Shown: positions 17,515-26,795 of the stretch, in pieces
Layout: each line of letters starts with the position of its first letter
Position numbering within the stretch: position 1 is the first letter of the stretch
Source: an uncultured Chloroflexia bacterium
GTDB lineage: Bacteria; Chloroflexota; Chloroflexia; Thermomicrobiales; UBA6265
DNA length: 64,000 bases
Direction: 5' to 3'
Assembly (NCBI GenBank): GCA_963737985.1
Contig: CAVTUU010000009.1
Location: forward strand, 89,640 to 153,639
Notes under the pieces: generated by a model
The model's database searches: none
What the model was told of the DNA's origin: nothing
Seen by the model: the letters and a program-made list of their open reading frames with translations, nothing else
Made by a program: the position numbers and the translations under genes

Positions 17515-19482
17515 ATGGTGATCGGTATCACTCGACCAAGAGACTCGCGGTCGGTCTATTCCGTCGAATCTATCCACCGGACTGCGTTTGCCGAGGATTG
17601 GCAATCCAGTCGCGGCGAAATCAGATACGAAGTCTCCTGCGACTTGTTCGGAGGTTTCCCTGGATTCGCTCAGCGTGGAGGCATGTACATTGGGGCGCAA
17701 CTCCGGATCACCGACCGCTTCATCCTCATCGACGAGGGTAAGGCAGGAGGATTCGGACTTCCGATTTCCTGGCTTGAAGGAGCAGTCGTTATCCCATTCC
17801 AGCAGCGAGACGAACCAGGATTGCGCGTTTTCTACAAAGATGGCGCGTGCCCGCGACTATTCACGGTTCGGTTTCGTGGCGGTCGACTCTCGATGCGCGC
17901 GCACCGGCGAGCCGAGCATTCGCTCAATCTCCTGACGACTCTTGGCATGAACGAGCGGTTTAGCATTGAGGCTCCGATTGAGCCGAACTTCCGCTTTCCC
18001 TGGGACCAGACCCGCCAATTCGAACTCGAAAATGTGGTTTGGACGGGATCCACCACTGCTCCATTCCAAGTCGGTCTCGATTCGTCTCCCGCGGATGTAT
18101 GGCTTACAACGAAGTCACTGATTTGGGGGAGCCCGGGCGGTGACGGCATCAATCGTGTTCCTTTGCAGCTGCTGCAGGATGTCATCACCGCGCAAGTGAG
18201 CGATCGCCAAAGAACGCCTGCGGTCTACGTTTCCTTTGGGGACGAAACGACCGGCCGCTTCGATCTCGCTTTCCTGTTCGACCGCTATGACCCCGAACGA
18301 AATGTGCGTGAGCGGGGCGCTTTTCTGGTCGGACTCCGCTCTCGTGGCATTCCCTTGGGCGCGCCAATGCCACTCTACCAACCGTGGCGGATTACAAATC
18401 ACCCCGTTGTTTCACAACCAACGCTCCCCCAAGACACTGAGGAAATGCCGACGATGGAGCGCCCATTGCGTAGGCGGCGCCGCACGTCGATTTCGCAAAT
18501 GGTGTCTCGTCATATGGTCGACGCCGAGGAACCAACCTGGGCGGATTCATTTGCCCAAGAAGAAGAGGATGGAGATCTCGAGCTCTTCGATGTCTCAGAC
18601 GCGGTATGGCCCGAAACCTATTCGCCAGCTCCGTACTTACGAGTTGTCGACGAAACTTATGATGAGCCAGTTTCAATCTCACAGGCCCCAGCGTGGGAGC
18701 CGGAGCCAGCTGTTGACGATTGCTGGGAGCGCGAACTCGAAGAGCCAGTTGACGCCGGCGCAGACGTATTCTCGACCGTTGAAGAGACACCTGAACTCGT
18801 CACGGATTCTCCAATGGTCCTGACCGACTCCTCTGACGTGAATGAGGAACCGATTCATGTTGGACCAGTGGCAAAGCCCGGGTCGGAAACCGAAGAATCT
18901 GCCGACGTGGTTCTTGCTGAGCTTGCTGGAGCCGATGAATCAGAAGCAGTGGCTGGAGGAACAGTGGCGCTCGGTGATTATGAATTGGCAACAGATTGGT
19001 CAATCACCAACGCGCAGACCGAACCGCTGTCATCGTCGTTACCTCCCGCGACCGCATCACTCGCCGTCCTGCAACAGGAACTCGACGAAGCAACAATGAA
19101 GGCAGCGAGTCAATCGTCTAAGGCGTCGTTGACTATTCAAGAATATGAAGCAAGTTGCCTCGCGGTGCTGAGCGAGGTGCTGCGAGCGATCAATGATCGC
19201 GTCGCTTGCCGGCCGGCGAAAGCAATCACTGAACCACTTCCGTCTCCGTCTCTCCAATCGAGTGCGCTCGGAGCGCTCATCGAACTCACCGCCAATGGTG
19301 ATTTGACCATGGACGAGGCCCGCAAGCGCAAAGCCCGGCTTGTCGCGTTGGGCGAATCCGGCGTGCGCCTGCGCGCGCTGATGGAACTGCGCGATTTCGG
19401 TCACATCACAACTCAGGATCTCGATCTCAAGAAGGAGCAGATCACCGCCCATCTCGCGACGTTCGTGCGCCCAACCGCGTGA
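17515..19482 (+). CDS. Hypothetical 655-aa protein: two PH/GRAM-like N-terminal modules, long acidic disordered linker, two SHOCT-like C-terminal helices
   Basis: ATG 17515 is about 10 nt after AAGGAGGG. No catalytic motif recognised. The C-terminus LIELTANGDLTMDEARKRKARL and LMELRDFGHITTQDLDLKKEQI resembles SHOCT. Confidence 0.7.
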   Translation: MVIGITRPRDSRSVYSVESIHRTAFAEDWQSSRGEIRYEVSCDLFGGFPGFAQRGGMYIGAQLRITDRFILIDEGKAGGFGLPISWLEGAVVIPFQQRDEPGLRVFYKDGACPRLFTVRFRGGRLSMRAHRRAEHSLNLLTTLGMNERFSIEAPIEPNFRFPWDQTRQFELENVVWTGSTTAPFQVGLDSSPADVWLTTKSLIWGSPGGDGINRVPLQLLQDVITAQVSDRQRTPAVYVSFGDETTGRFDLAFLFDRYDPERNVRERGAFLVGLRSRGIPLGAPMPLYQPWRITNHPVVSQPTLPQDTEEMPTMERPLRRRRRTSISQMVSRHMVDAEEPTWADSFAQEEEDGDLELFDVSDAVWPETYSPAPYLRVVDETYDEPVSISQAPAWEPEPAVDDCWERELEEPVDAGADVFSTVEETPELVTDSPMVLTDSSDVNEEPIHVGPVAKPGSETEESADVVLAELAGADESEAVAGGTVALGDYELATDWSITNAQTEPLSSSLPPATASLAVLQQELDEATMKAASQSSKASLTIQEYEASCLAVLSEVLRAINDRVACRPAKAITEPLPSPSLQSSALGALIELTANGDLTMDEARKRKARLVALGESGVRLRALMELRDFGHITTQDLDLKKEQITAHLATFVRPTA

Positions 19483-19672
19483 GTTGCGGAAACGAACACG
19501 TTCAATCACACCTCGTAGCGCTCGGCCGGACCTTCCGCCGGGCGCCGTGTTACCATGACCGGCGGTCGTGCGTTATGAACTTGCGAGGCACTCAATTTCG
19601 CCTCCCGAACAACCAGGGCTGCAATGCTGACCCGATCCCACCCTGCAGCTTCCGCGGAGGATTGAACTTTCC

Positions 19673-22118
19673 ATGAGCCAAGGAAGAATCGCGCGCGCCA
19701 ATCGTCGAACTCCCGCCGCCCGCCGGCGCATGGCGCGCTACGGGCGGACAGTAGGAGCGCGGCGCGGATACGTTATGCCGCCGCACTTGCTGCCGGGCGT
19801 GACTGGACGTAAGAAGAAGAGCTCAAACAAGCGCAATGGGATTCTCGTCAGCGTTGTTGTCGTCTTTCTAGGCTTTATCGTCCTCTTTACCGCCGGGATG
19901 ATTATCAGCACGGCTGCCGCGGTCGCAGGCACTGTCCACGCCTATCGCGAAGTCAATAAAGATTTGCCTAACGCCGCAGTCGTCGCTGGCGATACCTTTG
20001 AGAACAGCATCATCTACGACCGCAACGGCGGAGTCCTCCAGGAAATTGCGAATCCAAACAACGGATGGCGCACATTTGTGCCACTCGATCAAATATCGCC
20101 TGATCTCATCAACGCCACCGTTGCGGCTGAGGACTCTACCTTCTGGAGTCACTACGGCGTTGAGCCGGGCGCGATCGTCCGCGGCGCGTTGATCAATTAC
20201 GGCGGCGAAGGTTCCTCGGGTGGCTCAACCATCACCCAACAGCTTGCCCGCGGTTTGTATCCTGATCAAATTGGGTTTGACATCTCCTACACCCGCAAGA
20301 TCAAAGAGGCGCTGGCCTCGGTCTACCTCGACAACAAATTTTCAAAGCAGGACATCTTAACGATGTACCTGAACCAGATCTTTTACGGGCAAAACTCCTA
20401 CGGCATCGAAGCCGCCTCAGAAACGTACTTTCAGAAACACGCGAACGAGCTAACCCTTGGCGAGGCGTCGTTGCTCGCCGGCCTGCCGCAGGCGCCGTCG
20501 AACTACGACCCGACTGCCTTCCCCGACAAAGCCAAAGCCCGGCAGAAGTACGTGCTCAAACAAATGGTCCGCTATCACTACATCACCCAAGATCAAGCGG
20601 ACGCGGCCTATGCGGACACTCCCGCCGCCCATAAACGTAACGCGGAAATCAAGGATGCGCCGCATTTCACGAACTACGCGAAGGACTGGGTAGTCCAGCA
20701 CTACGGCGAAGACGCGCTGAACGAAGGCGGACTTCGCATCTACACGACGCTCGATCCAACGCTGCAACATCGCGCCGAAGAAATCGTCCGCGGTCAGCTG
20801 CCAGATCTGGCCCAGTGGAATCGCAACAACGCGGCGATGGTCGCGATGGTGCCTTGGAGTGGCGAAATCCTTGTCATGGTCGGCTCGGCGGATTTCAACG
20901 ATCCAACGATTGGCGGCCAGGTGAATTACGCCGTCGCGCCCATTCAACCCGGTTCATCAATCAAGCCCATAGTCTATGCTGCCGCCTTCGAAGACGGCTG
21001 GAATCCGGGCACGGTCGTTATCGACTCGTCCTTCAAAGAACCGACTCCAAACTCTCCTGAGCCATACTACGAACCGCAAAACTACACCGGAAACTATTAT
21101 GGCGCGGTGAGCGTGCGAACCGCCTTGAGCAACTCGCTGAATATCCCGGCAGTTCGAGCAATCAAATACACCGGCGTTCAACATGTCATGGACCTGGCGC
21201 AGGGCCATGGGATACAAGCAAAGCTTGACGGATTCCGCGGCGAATTACGGTTTGTCGTTTGCGCTCGGTTCTCCCGAAGTGCAACTCGTCGAACACACCA
21301 ATATGTATGCGAGCTTTGCCAACGAAGGCAAATATGTCGCCGCCAATCCCATCCTGAAAATAACCGACTCGCAAGGCAACGTACTCTATGAGCGAAACCC
21401 GGCGAAGGAATGGCAAAATACGCCGCAAGTGCTCAAGGCGGCATACGCGTACCAGATCACCTCGATTCTCACCGACAACAAATCCCGCTCAATGGTCTTC
21501 GGAGCAAACAACCTCTTCGGGCAGACACAAGACGAACTTGGACGACCAACGGCCGCGAAGTCCGGAACAACCGATAACTGGAAAGACATCTGGACCATGG
21601 GTTACACCACCGATCTTGCAATCGGTGTCTGGGTCGGGCATACCACTGGCGACGGTTCGACCGTGGGAGATCTTCCAGAACTCGATGGTATTCAAGGTGC
21701 GGGGCCAATCTGGTCAAAAATGATGCTGGAGATCCATCAAAATCCGCAGTGGTCGCAATACCTTCTCGGTCCAGACGGCAATCCAATGCCGAAGGAATTC
21801 CCCCGTCCGGCCGATATCTATGAAGGTGATGTTTGCGTCGCCACCGGTGGTAAGGCTGCCAGTGGATTCGAATCGCACGAGGATCTTTTAGTTCGCAACG
21901 AGGGGCCCGCGCTCGATTGCGATCAGATCAACGCCTATCAGGCCAAGGTCCTGCAAGATGCGCTCGCCGACCTCAAAGTGCATGGCGACAAATATGTACG
22001 AGGCGCTGCGGACAGTATCCGCCGATACGCTGAAGCCGTCGGCTACAGCTCGAGCGGCTTTGGTCGTGGCCAATTCCGAGGTGACTCCCCACAGATTCAA
22101 CCCCGCAACGGGCCATAG
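19673..22118 (+). CDS. Class A penicillin-binding protein (PBP1A-type glycosyltransferase/transpeptidase), apparent +1 frameshift at a G-run near 21201-21203
   Basis: GT51 motifs EDSTFWSHYGV and GGSTITQQLAR. TP domain SSIKP...; frame 1 degenerates after ...HVMDLAQ while ORF 21183-22118 continues AMGYKQSL...FALGSPEVQLVEHTNMYASFANEGK...KSGTTDN. Confidence 0.9.
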
Positions 22119-22184
22119 AGCAGATTGATTTCAGTCAAGTGACGACTCAGATGGTGGTTGCCGAACAAATTCGGAGCGCGGCAA

Positions 22185-22366
22185 CCCCACCGTCATTCTG
22201 AGCCCCTTCCCCACCGTCATTCTGAGCGAAGCGAAGAATCTCGCCCTGCGAGAAAGCCCGGTTGCGATGAGCGAGATCCTTCGACTCCGGCTCCGCCTCC
22301 GCTCAGGATGACGGAGGGGTGGCGCGCAGGATAACGGAAGGGGAGCGCGCAAGATGACGGGGATGG
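22185..22366. repeat. Palindromic intergenic repeat element, copy 2 (nested multi-arm form)
   Basis: Two left arms CCCCACCGTCATTCTGAGC (22185-22203, 22209-22227), core GAAGCGAAGAATCTCGC...GCGAGATCCTTCGACTCC, and three right arms GCTCAGGATGACGGAGGGGTGG / GCGCAGGATAACGGAAGGGGA / GCGCAAGATGACGGGGATGG (22301-22366). Confidence 0.7.
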
Positions 22367-22480
22367 TTGTCTGATGGGTGCGGATTTGCGGATCCCTGCA
22401 TGGGCAAGGACGTTGTAGTCAAGGCCATTGAACACCAGGCGGGCCAAAGCGATAAATGTGGCAGGCTCAAAGGTAATCAC

Positions 22481-22526
22481 AAACCAACCCTCCCCGGACG
22501 CGTCGCCGCTCGGTGAGGGTTGGTTT
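22481..22526 (-). terminator. Hairpin downstream of the Lrp/AsnC gene
   Basis: 12-bp stem AAACCAACCCTC / GAGGGTTGGTTT with a 22-nt loop. On the minus strand it is followed by TTTGTGATT. Confidence 0.4.
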
Positions 22527-22566
22527 TCTCAGAGTTATCGTTGGACTCAATGCAATGGCGAATTGC

Positions 22567-23148
22567 TTACGATGGTCTTTTAGTTCGAGGTCGACCTGGA
22601 CGGCGCGCACGTGGCGCACCATCGCTTCCTTCGCCATCATCAGTAGCGGATACGCCGCGGCGGCGCCGGCGATTGAGTCTCGTTCGTTGCTGGGTTGTAC
22701 CGGCAGGGGGTGTGATCTCATGCCAAGGCACCGGAGAAGAGAGGACCAGCGATGTGGAGCAGTGAGCTCCCGCCGCACCCAGGTCATCGACGAACGCTTC
22801 TAAGGATGCGGTGTCAGCGACGTGAATCTTGACGAGAAACGTCGCGTCGCCCGTCGTGCGATGACATTCAACAACCGCCGCATCGCTCTTGACCCTATCC
22901 AAAAATGGATCGTAGTTGGCTCGGTCGACTTCGGCGGAAACAAGCGCGGTAATGGGTCGCCCAAGGGCGTCCGGCGCGACGATCGCACGATAACCGGCGA
23001 TCACGCCTCGATCTTCGAGGCGTCGCACGCGTTCAATCATGGCAGGACTGGACAGGCCGACTCGCTCGGCGAGCGCCTTCATAGTCAGCCGCCCATTCTC
23101 CTGAAGCTCGGCTAGGATGCGCTCATCGATCGAATCTATTTGGTTCAT
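22567..23148 (-). CDS. Lrp/AsnC family transcriptional regulator with a ~40-aa basic C-terminal extension
   Basis: HTH IDERILAELQENGRLTMKALAERVGLSSPAMIERVRRLEDRGVI plus an RAM domain. Tail ...RRRRRGVSATDDGEGSDGAPRARRPGRPRTKRPS. Confidence 0.9.
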   Translation of the reverse strand: MNQIDSIDERILAELQENGRLTMKALAERVGLSSPAMIERVRRLEDRGVIAGYRAIVAPDALGRPITALVSAEVDRANYDPFLDRVKSDAAVVECHRTTGDATFLVKIHVADTASLEAFVDDLGAAGAHCSTSLVLSSPVPWHEITPPAGTTQQRTRLNRRRRRGVSATDDGEGSDGAPRARRPGRPRTKRPS

Positions 23149-23637
23149 CGTCTTTCCTCACCTTCTGCGGAAGATACGCGAGGTTGTTACCTTCACGAAG
23201 CTTCCAAGTCCCAGGTTCATCAAGATGGTAGACGAATGATTCACATTCCAAAGTGAGTCTATACGCTCTCAGAATATGCGACAAGGCCAAAGTTCGTTCT
23301 CTTTCATCATCAGATTGTCGATTTTTTCTCCAAAAACGTTTCCCGCGCCACATGTGCGGATTCAAAGCGAGATTCACTGTATGCATTGTTCTGTTCAACA
23401 TCGGAAAGTTTAGATGTCTGGAGACCGGCGATAACGCATCTAAGGCTGTGTGTTGGCATTGATCTTCCCAAGGTTACGCCCCTCTATAGACTAAAATCCG
23501 GAATGCAGCATTCGTCGTTGGCGCAAACTGAATGCTCGCAGCCAGAATCCTTGGGAATCGATTCCTAGCTGAGAACATTGACCACCGATTCAGAGTCGAT
23601 GCTGTTGCCCGGTTGGGCTTGCCAAAGAGGAGCGGCG

Positions 23638-23859
23638 ATGCGTCTCGAACATGTCGATTCGAGTGAACCCGGCCGGACGATAGGCGCGGCGGTCGTTCGC
23701 GCCCGGGCCGGCGGTGGTGTCGTCCTCGACCTCGGACCAGCGGATGGCCCCCCTCAACTCCGACTGCTCCTTAGTCAATCCGAAGCGCTTCAACTCAGCA
23801 AAAGCGTTCACGCAGTCGCCAATGATGGCGGAGAAGACGTGCTCATCGTCGAAGACTGA
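23638..23859 (+). CDS. Small hypothetical protein (73 aa)
   Basis: ATG 23638 follows AAGAGGAG, and the ORF is followed by a strong hairpin. No recognisable domain. Confidence 0.4.
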   Translation: MRLEHVDSSEPGRTIGAAVVRARAGGGVVLDLGPADGPPQLRLLLSQSEALQLSKSVHAVANDGGEDVLIVED

Positions 23860-23885
23860 GACGGGCGCCCATACGGGCGCCCGTC
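23860..23885. terminator. GC-rich hairpin between convergent genes
   Basis: 10-bp stem GACGGGCGCC / GGCGCCCGTC with a 6-nt loop, between the 23638-23859 ORF (+) and the response regulator (-). Confidence 0.55.
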
Positions 23886-23915
23886 GAATGAGTGCTTAAT
23901 TGATGAATCTGTAAA

Positions 23916-24656
23916 CTATGCGGCGGTAGATTTTTGCGCGTTCTCGTGCGCGGCAGCTCGTTCGACGGCGGCATACGGTTGCGGACCGATTTCCGCCCAA
24001 CCTTTCTGGACCGCATATCGAAGCGCGGCCACGCGATCGTCGACCTCGAGCTTGCGCAGAACCGAGGTCATGTGATTCTTGACAGTCTGTTCGGTGATAA
24101 AGAGCGAATCGCCGATCTCTTTGTTCGACCGCCCCATCACCAAACAGTCGAGGACTTCAAGCTCGCGAGGCGAGAGCGCGACATCGGATGCCCCGCCGGT
24201 GCTCCCATCGCTGAGCGATCGGAACTCGCCGAGCACTCGCCGCGCCAGTTCGGGATTAGTCAGAACCGCCTGGTGCAAGAGATTTTCGCCTCGCAGAACC
24301 GAGTTGACCGTCTCGAGGATTTTCGTCGGATCGGAATCCTTGGTCAGGAATGCTGAGGCCCCGACGCGAATCGCGGCGAAGAGTCGATCGTCATCGACGT
24401 GCATCGAGAGAAAAACAATGCTTGTGTTGGGTCGCTGGCGGCGCATGGCTGACGCGATTTGCAGACCGGTGACTCCAGGTAGCTGCACATCCATCACGAC
24501 CAACGATGGATGATGAATGTCCGCCATGTGCAACGCATCGTGGCCGCAGGTCGCTTCTCCGACAACGGAGAGCCGTGTATCCTGCTCGATGATGCGTCGC
24601 AGACCGTTCCGAAACAACGGATGGTCGTCGACGAGTAGGATCCTTCGTTTGAGCAT
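23916..24656 (-). CDS. Two-component response regulator, NarL/FixJ (LuxR-type HTH) family; no adjacent histidine kinase
   Basis: Receiver domain RILLVDDHPLFRNGL...LVVMDVQLPG. C-terminal LSPRELEVLDCLVMGRSNKEIGDSLFITEQTVKNHMTSVLRKL. Confidence 0.9.
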   Translation of the reverse strand: MLKRRILLVDDHPLFRNGLRRIIEQDTRLSVVGEATCGHDALHMADIHHPSLVVMDVQLPGVTGLQIASAMRRQRPNTSIVFLSMHVDDDRLFAAIRVGASAFLTKDSDPTKILETVNSVLRGENLLHQAVLTNPELARRVLGEFRSLSDGSTGGASDVALSPRELEVLDCLVMGRSNKEIGDSLFITEQTVKNHMTSVLRKLEVDDRVAALRYAVQKGWAEIGPQPYAAVERAAAHENAQKSTAA

Positions 24657-24918
24657 CGCGGCAGTCTCCCTCGGAGTGTCTACTTTCCGACTATCTCAGG
24701 CAATTCGCGCTTCATGCGATACTCTACTTTTAGGCTATTTTGCATAGATTTGGGGAGATCTTTTCCCCGGACCGAAGTCCAGGTTCAAGTGAACCAATAG
24801 GGCTAGTACTGTTGTCCTACGGTCATTCGGCAGTCAACGCTATCGTTTGTATACTGATGTCGAGGGCAGTTCCGGCTTTCAATCACAGGTCACTACGAGT
24901 GTTAACAAGGGCGGAGCA

Positions 24919-26323
24919 ATGCTGCTCTACCATGAGGATTCCATGAACGAAAACGGCCAACCATCGATCGAATGTTCACGTTGCGGCACAAGCAATCCCG
25001 CTTCCGCGAGCTATTGCATGCATTGCGCTAGTCGCTTGGCAGACAGTATGCCTGCTTCACACACGTACCGTGTTGTCGTAACTGGTGTCGGCGCGATTAG
25101 CTGTCTTGGACCGACCGCGCCCGAAACGTGGACGCGTGTTTTGGCCGGGGAAACAGGCATCAAGCGCGTTCCCGATCTCGATCCCGCCACGAATCCCTGC
25201 CTGCTCCGCGGCGATGTCGACGAATCTCGCGTCACGAATCGGTTTCTTGAAGGGAAAGCGGCGCGAAACACCTCGCGTTTTTCCCGGCTCGCCGTTGAAG
25301 CTGCCGGGGAGGCGCTGATCGACGCCGGCTTGCTCGACGAAAGCTTGCAGCCAAACACAGATCTGAGTCTCGGCGGCGCGTTGCTAGGAACGTGCGTCGG
25401 TGGGACATACGACGATCTTCTGCCCGCGTACGACATCTTTCAAACGAAAGGGCCGGGCAGAGTACCGCCTCACCTGCATGTCATGTTTCCGCACAATCTC
25501 GCCGCGTACACCATTCAGTCGCGGTTTAACCTCGGTGGACCAAGCTCGACCGTCGTCACCGCTTGTGCGACAGGCGCCCAAGCAATTGGCGACGCATTCC
25601 ACGCCGTCAAATATGGAAAGGCGCCGTTGATGGTCGGCGGCGCAGTCGAACTGACCGACCATCCACTGTTCATTGCCGGTTTCGCCGCGATGCGGGCACT
25701 GCCAACCGACAGCAACGACAATCCCGACCTTGCCAGCCGACCATTTGACGCAACGCGGGCGGGATTTGTCCTTGGCGAAGGCGCGGGAATGGTGATCCTC
25801 GAAGAACTCGAACATGCACGGGCACGCGGCGCTCAAATTTACGCTGAGATTCTCGGTTTCGGCACGTCAAACGATGCGTACCACCCCAATCGCACCCCAT
25901 CCTGAAGGAGCTGGTGCGGCCCGGGCGATCTCGGAAGCACTAAGAGACGGCTGCGTTGATCCTTCCCGAGTCGGGCATGTCCATGCCCATGCCGCTTCTA
26001 CCCCCGCAGGTGACCTCGCCGAGGCAGAAGCGATCAGGGTGGTATTCGGAGAGCGAGCAACGGACATACCAGTCACCTCTATCAAGGGCGCACTTGGGCA
26101 CTGCATGGGTGCATCTGGCGCGCTGGAGACCGTCGTCGCCACCTACACGATGGCCCAACAAGTTATTCCGCCCACGCGAAATTATCGCAATCCCGACCCG
26201 GCGATCGGCCTCGACATCGTTCATGGAGAAGCGAGAAAGGCTTCATTCGAGGTCATGACGAAACATTCGTTCGGTCTCGGCGGCCAAAACGCGGTTCTGG
26301 TCTTGGGCAAAGCCCCAGCCTAA
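24919..26323 (+). CDS. Beta-ketoacyl synthase (KAS I/II-type) with N-terminal zinc ribbon; apparent frameshift at a C-run at 25884-25887
   Basis: CSRCGTSNPASASYCMHC (C-x2-C-x11-C-x2-C). Active-site TACATGAQ, HAHAASTPAGD, GALGHCMGASGA. Frame 1 ends ...SNDAYHPNRTPS* while ORF 25814-26323 continues ...PIAPHPEGAGAA.... The start is uncertain (24919 or 24943). Confidence 0.85.
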
Positions 26324-26324
26324 G

Positions 26325-26795
26325 GTGACGAGCGATAAACCCAAGCCAACAGAGATTCCCCACTATCCGGCAACCGTTCGCGGATTCCGCTTGCTCGTCG
26401 ATCTCTTCGTCGTCTTTGGATTGGCGTATTGGGGTCTTCAAGTTGAGGACGGCGCAACAGGTGTGCTTCTGGCCATCATCCTGTGCGCGTTCGCCTGTGC
26501 TTTGTGGCTCATGTTCGGTGTACCTGACGATCCGCTACGCGATTCGTTCTCGGTCATCCGAGTCAACGGTTACGTAAGGCTGATGTTGGAGCTTGCCATC
26601 GTCGGCGTCACTGTATTTGGTGTTTGGATTGCCGGGTCGCGGGCCGCGGCTGAGACGCTCCTGACGGCCGCTGGGATCTGTTACGGCGTGACCTGGGAAC
26701 GGCTTGTTTGGTTGGTCCGCAATTCGCCAGACTCTGGCATCACAAAATCGGACGACGCCGCCACCGGTTCGAGCGGCAGGAAATCCTCGGCGTGA
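26325..26795 (+). CDS. Small integral membrane protein (possibly DUF2568/YrdB-like)
   Basis: GTG start 1 nt after the KAS stop. Four hydrophobic segments. The 3' end overlaps the convergent MFS gene by about 115 nt. Confidence 0.5.
   Translation: MTSDKPKPTEIPHYPATVRGFRLLVDLFVVFGLAYWGLQVEDGATGVLLAIILCAFACALWLMFGVPDDPLRDSFSVIRVNGYVRLMLELAIVGVTVFGVWIAGSRAAAETLLTAAGICYGVTWERLVWLVRNSPDSGITKSDDAATGSSGRKSSA

Noticed and set aside
24782-24795. tRNA-like T-arm sequence GGTTCAAGTGAACC
   Set aside because: It forms a 5-bp stem with a 4-nt loop, not the 7-nt T-loop. There is no acceptor, D or anticodon arm context. It is just a small hairpin in a promoter region.
26681-26795. 115-nt convergent overlap between the small membrane protein gene and the MFS gene
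   Set aside because: This is probably an annotation or sequence-quality issue, such as a C-terminal extension of one ORF through a missed stop or indel, rather than biology. It is noted in the feature evidence only.
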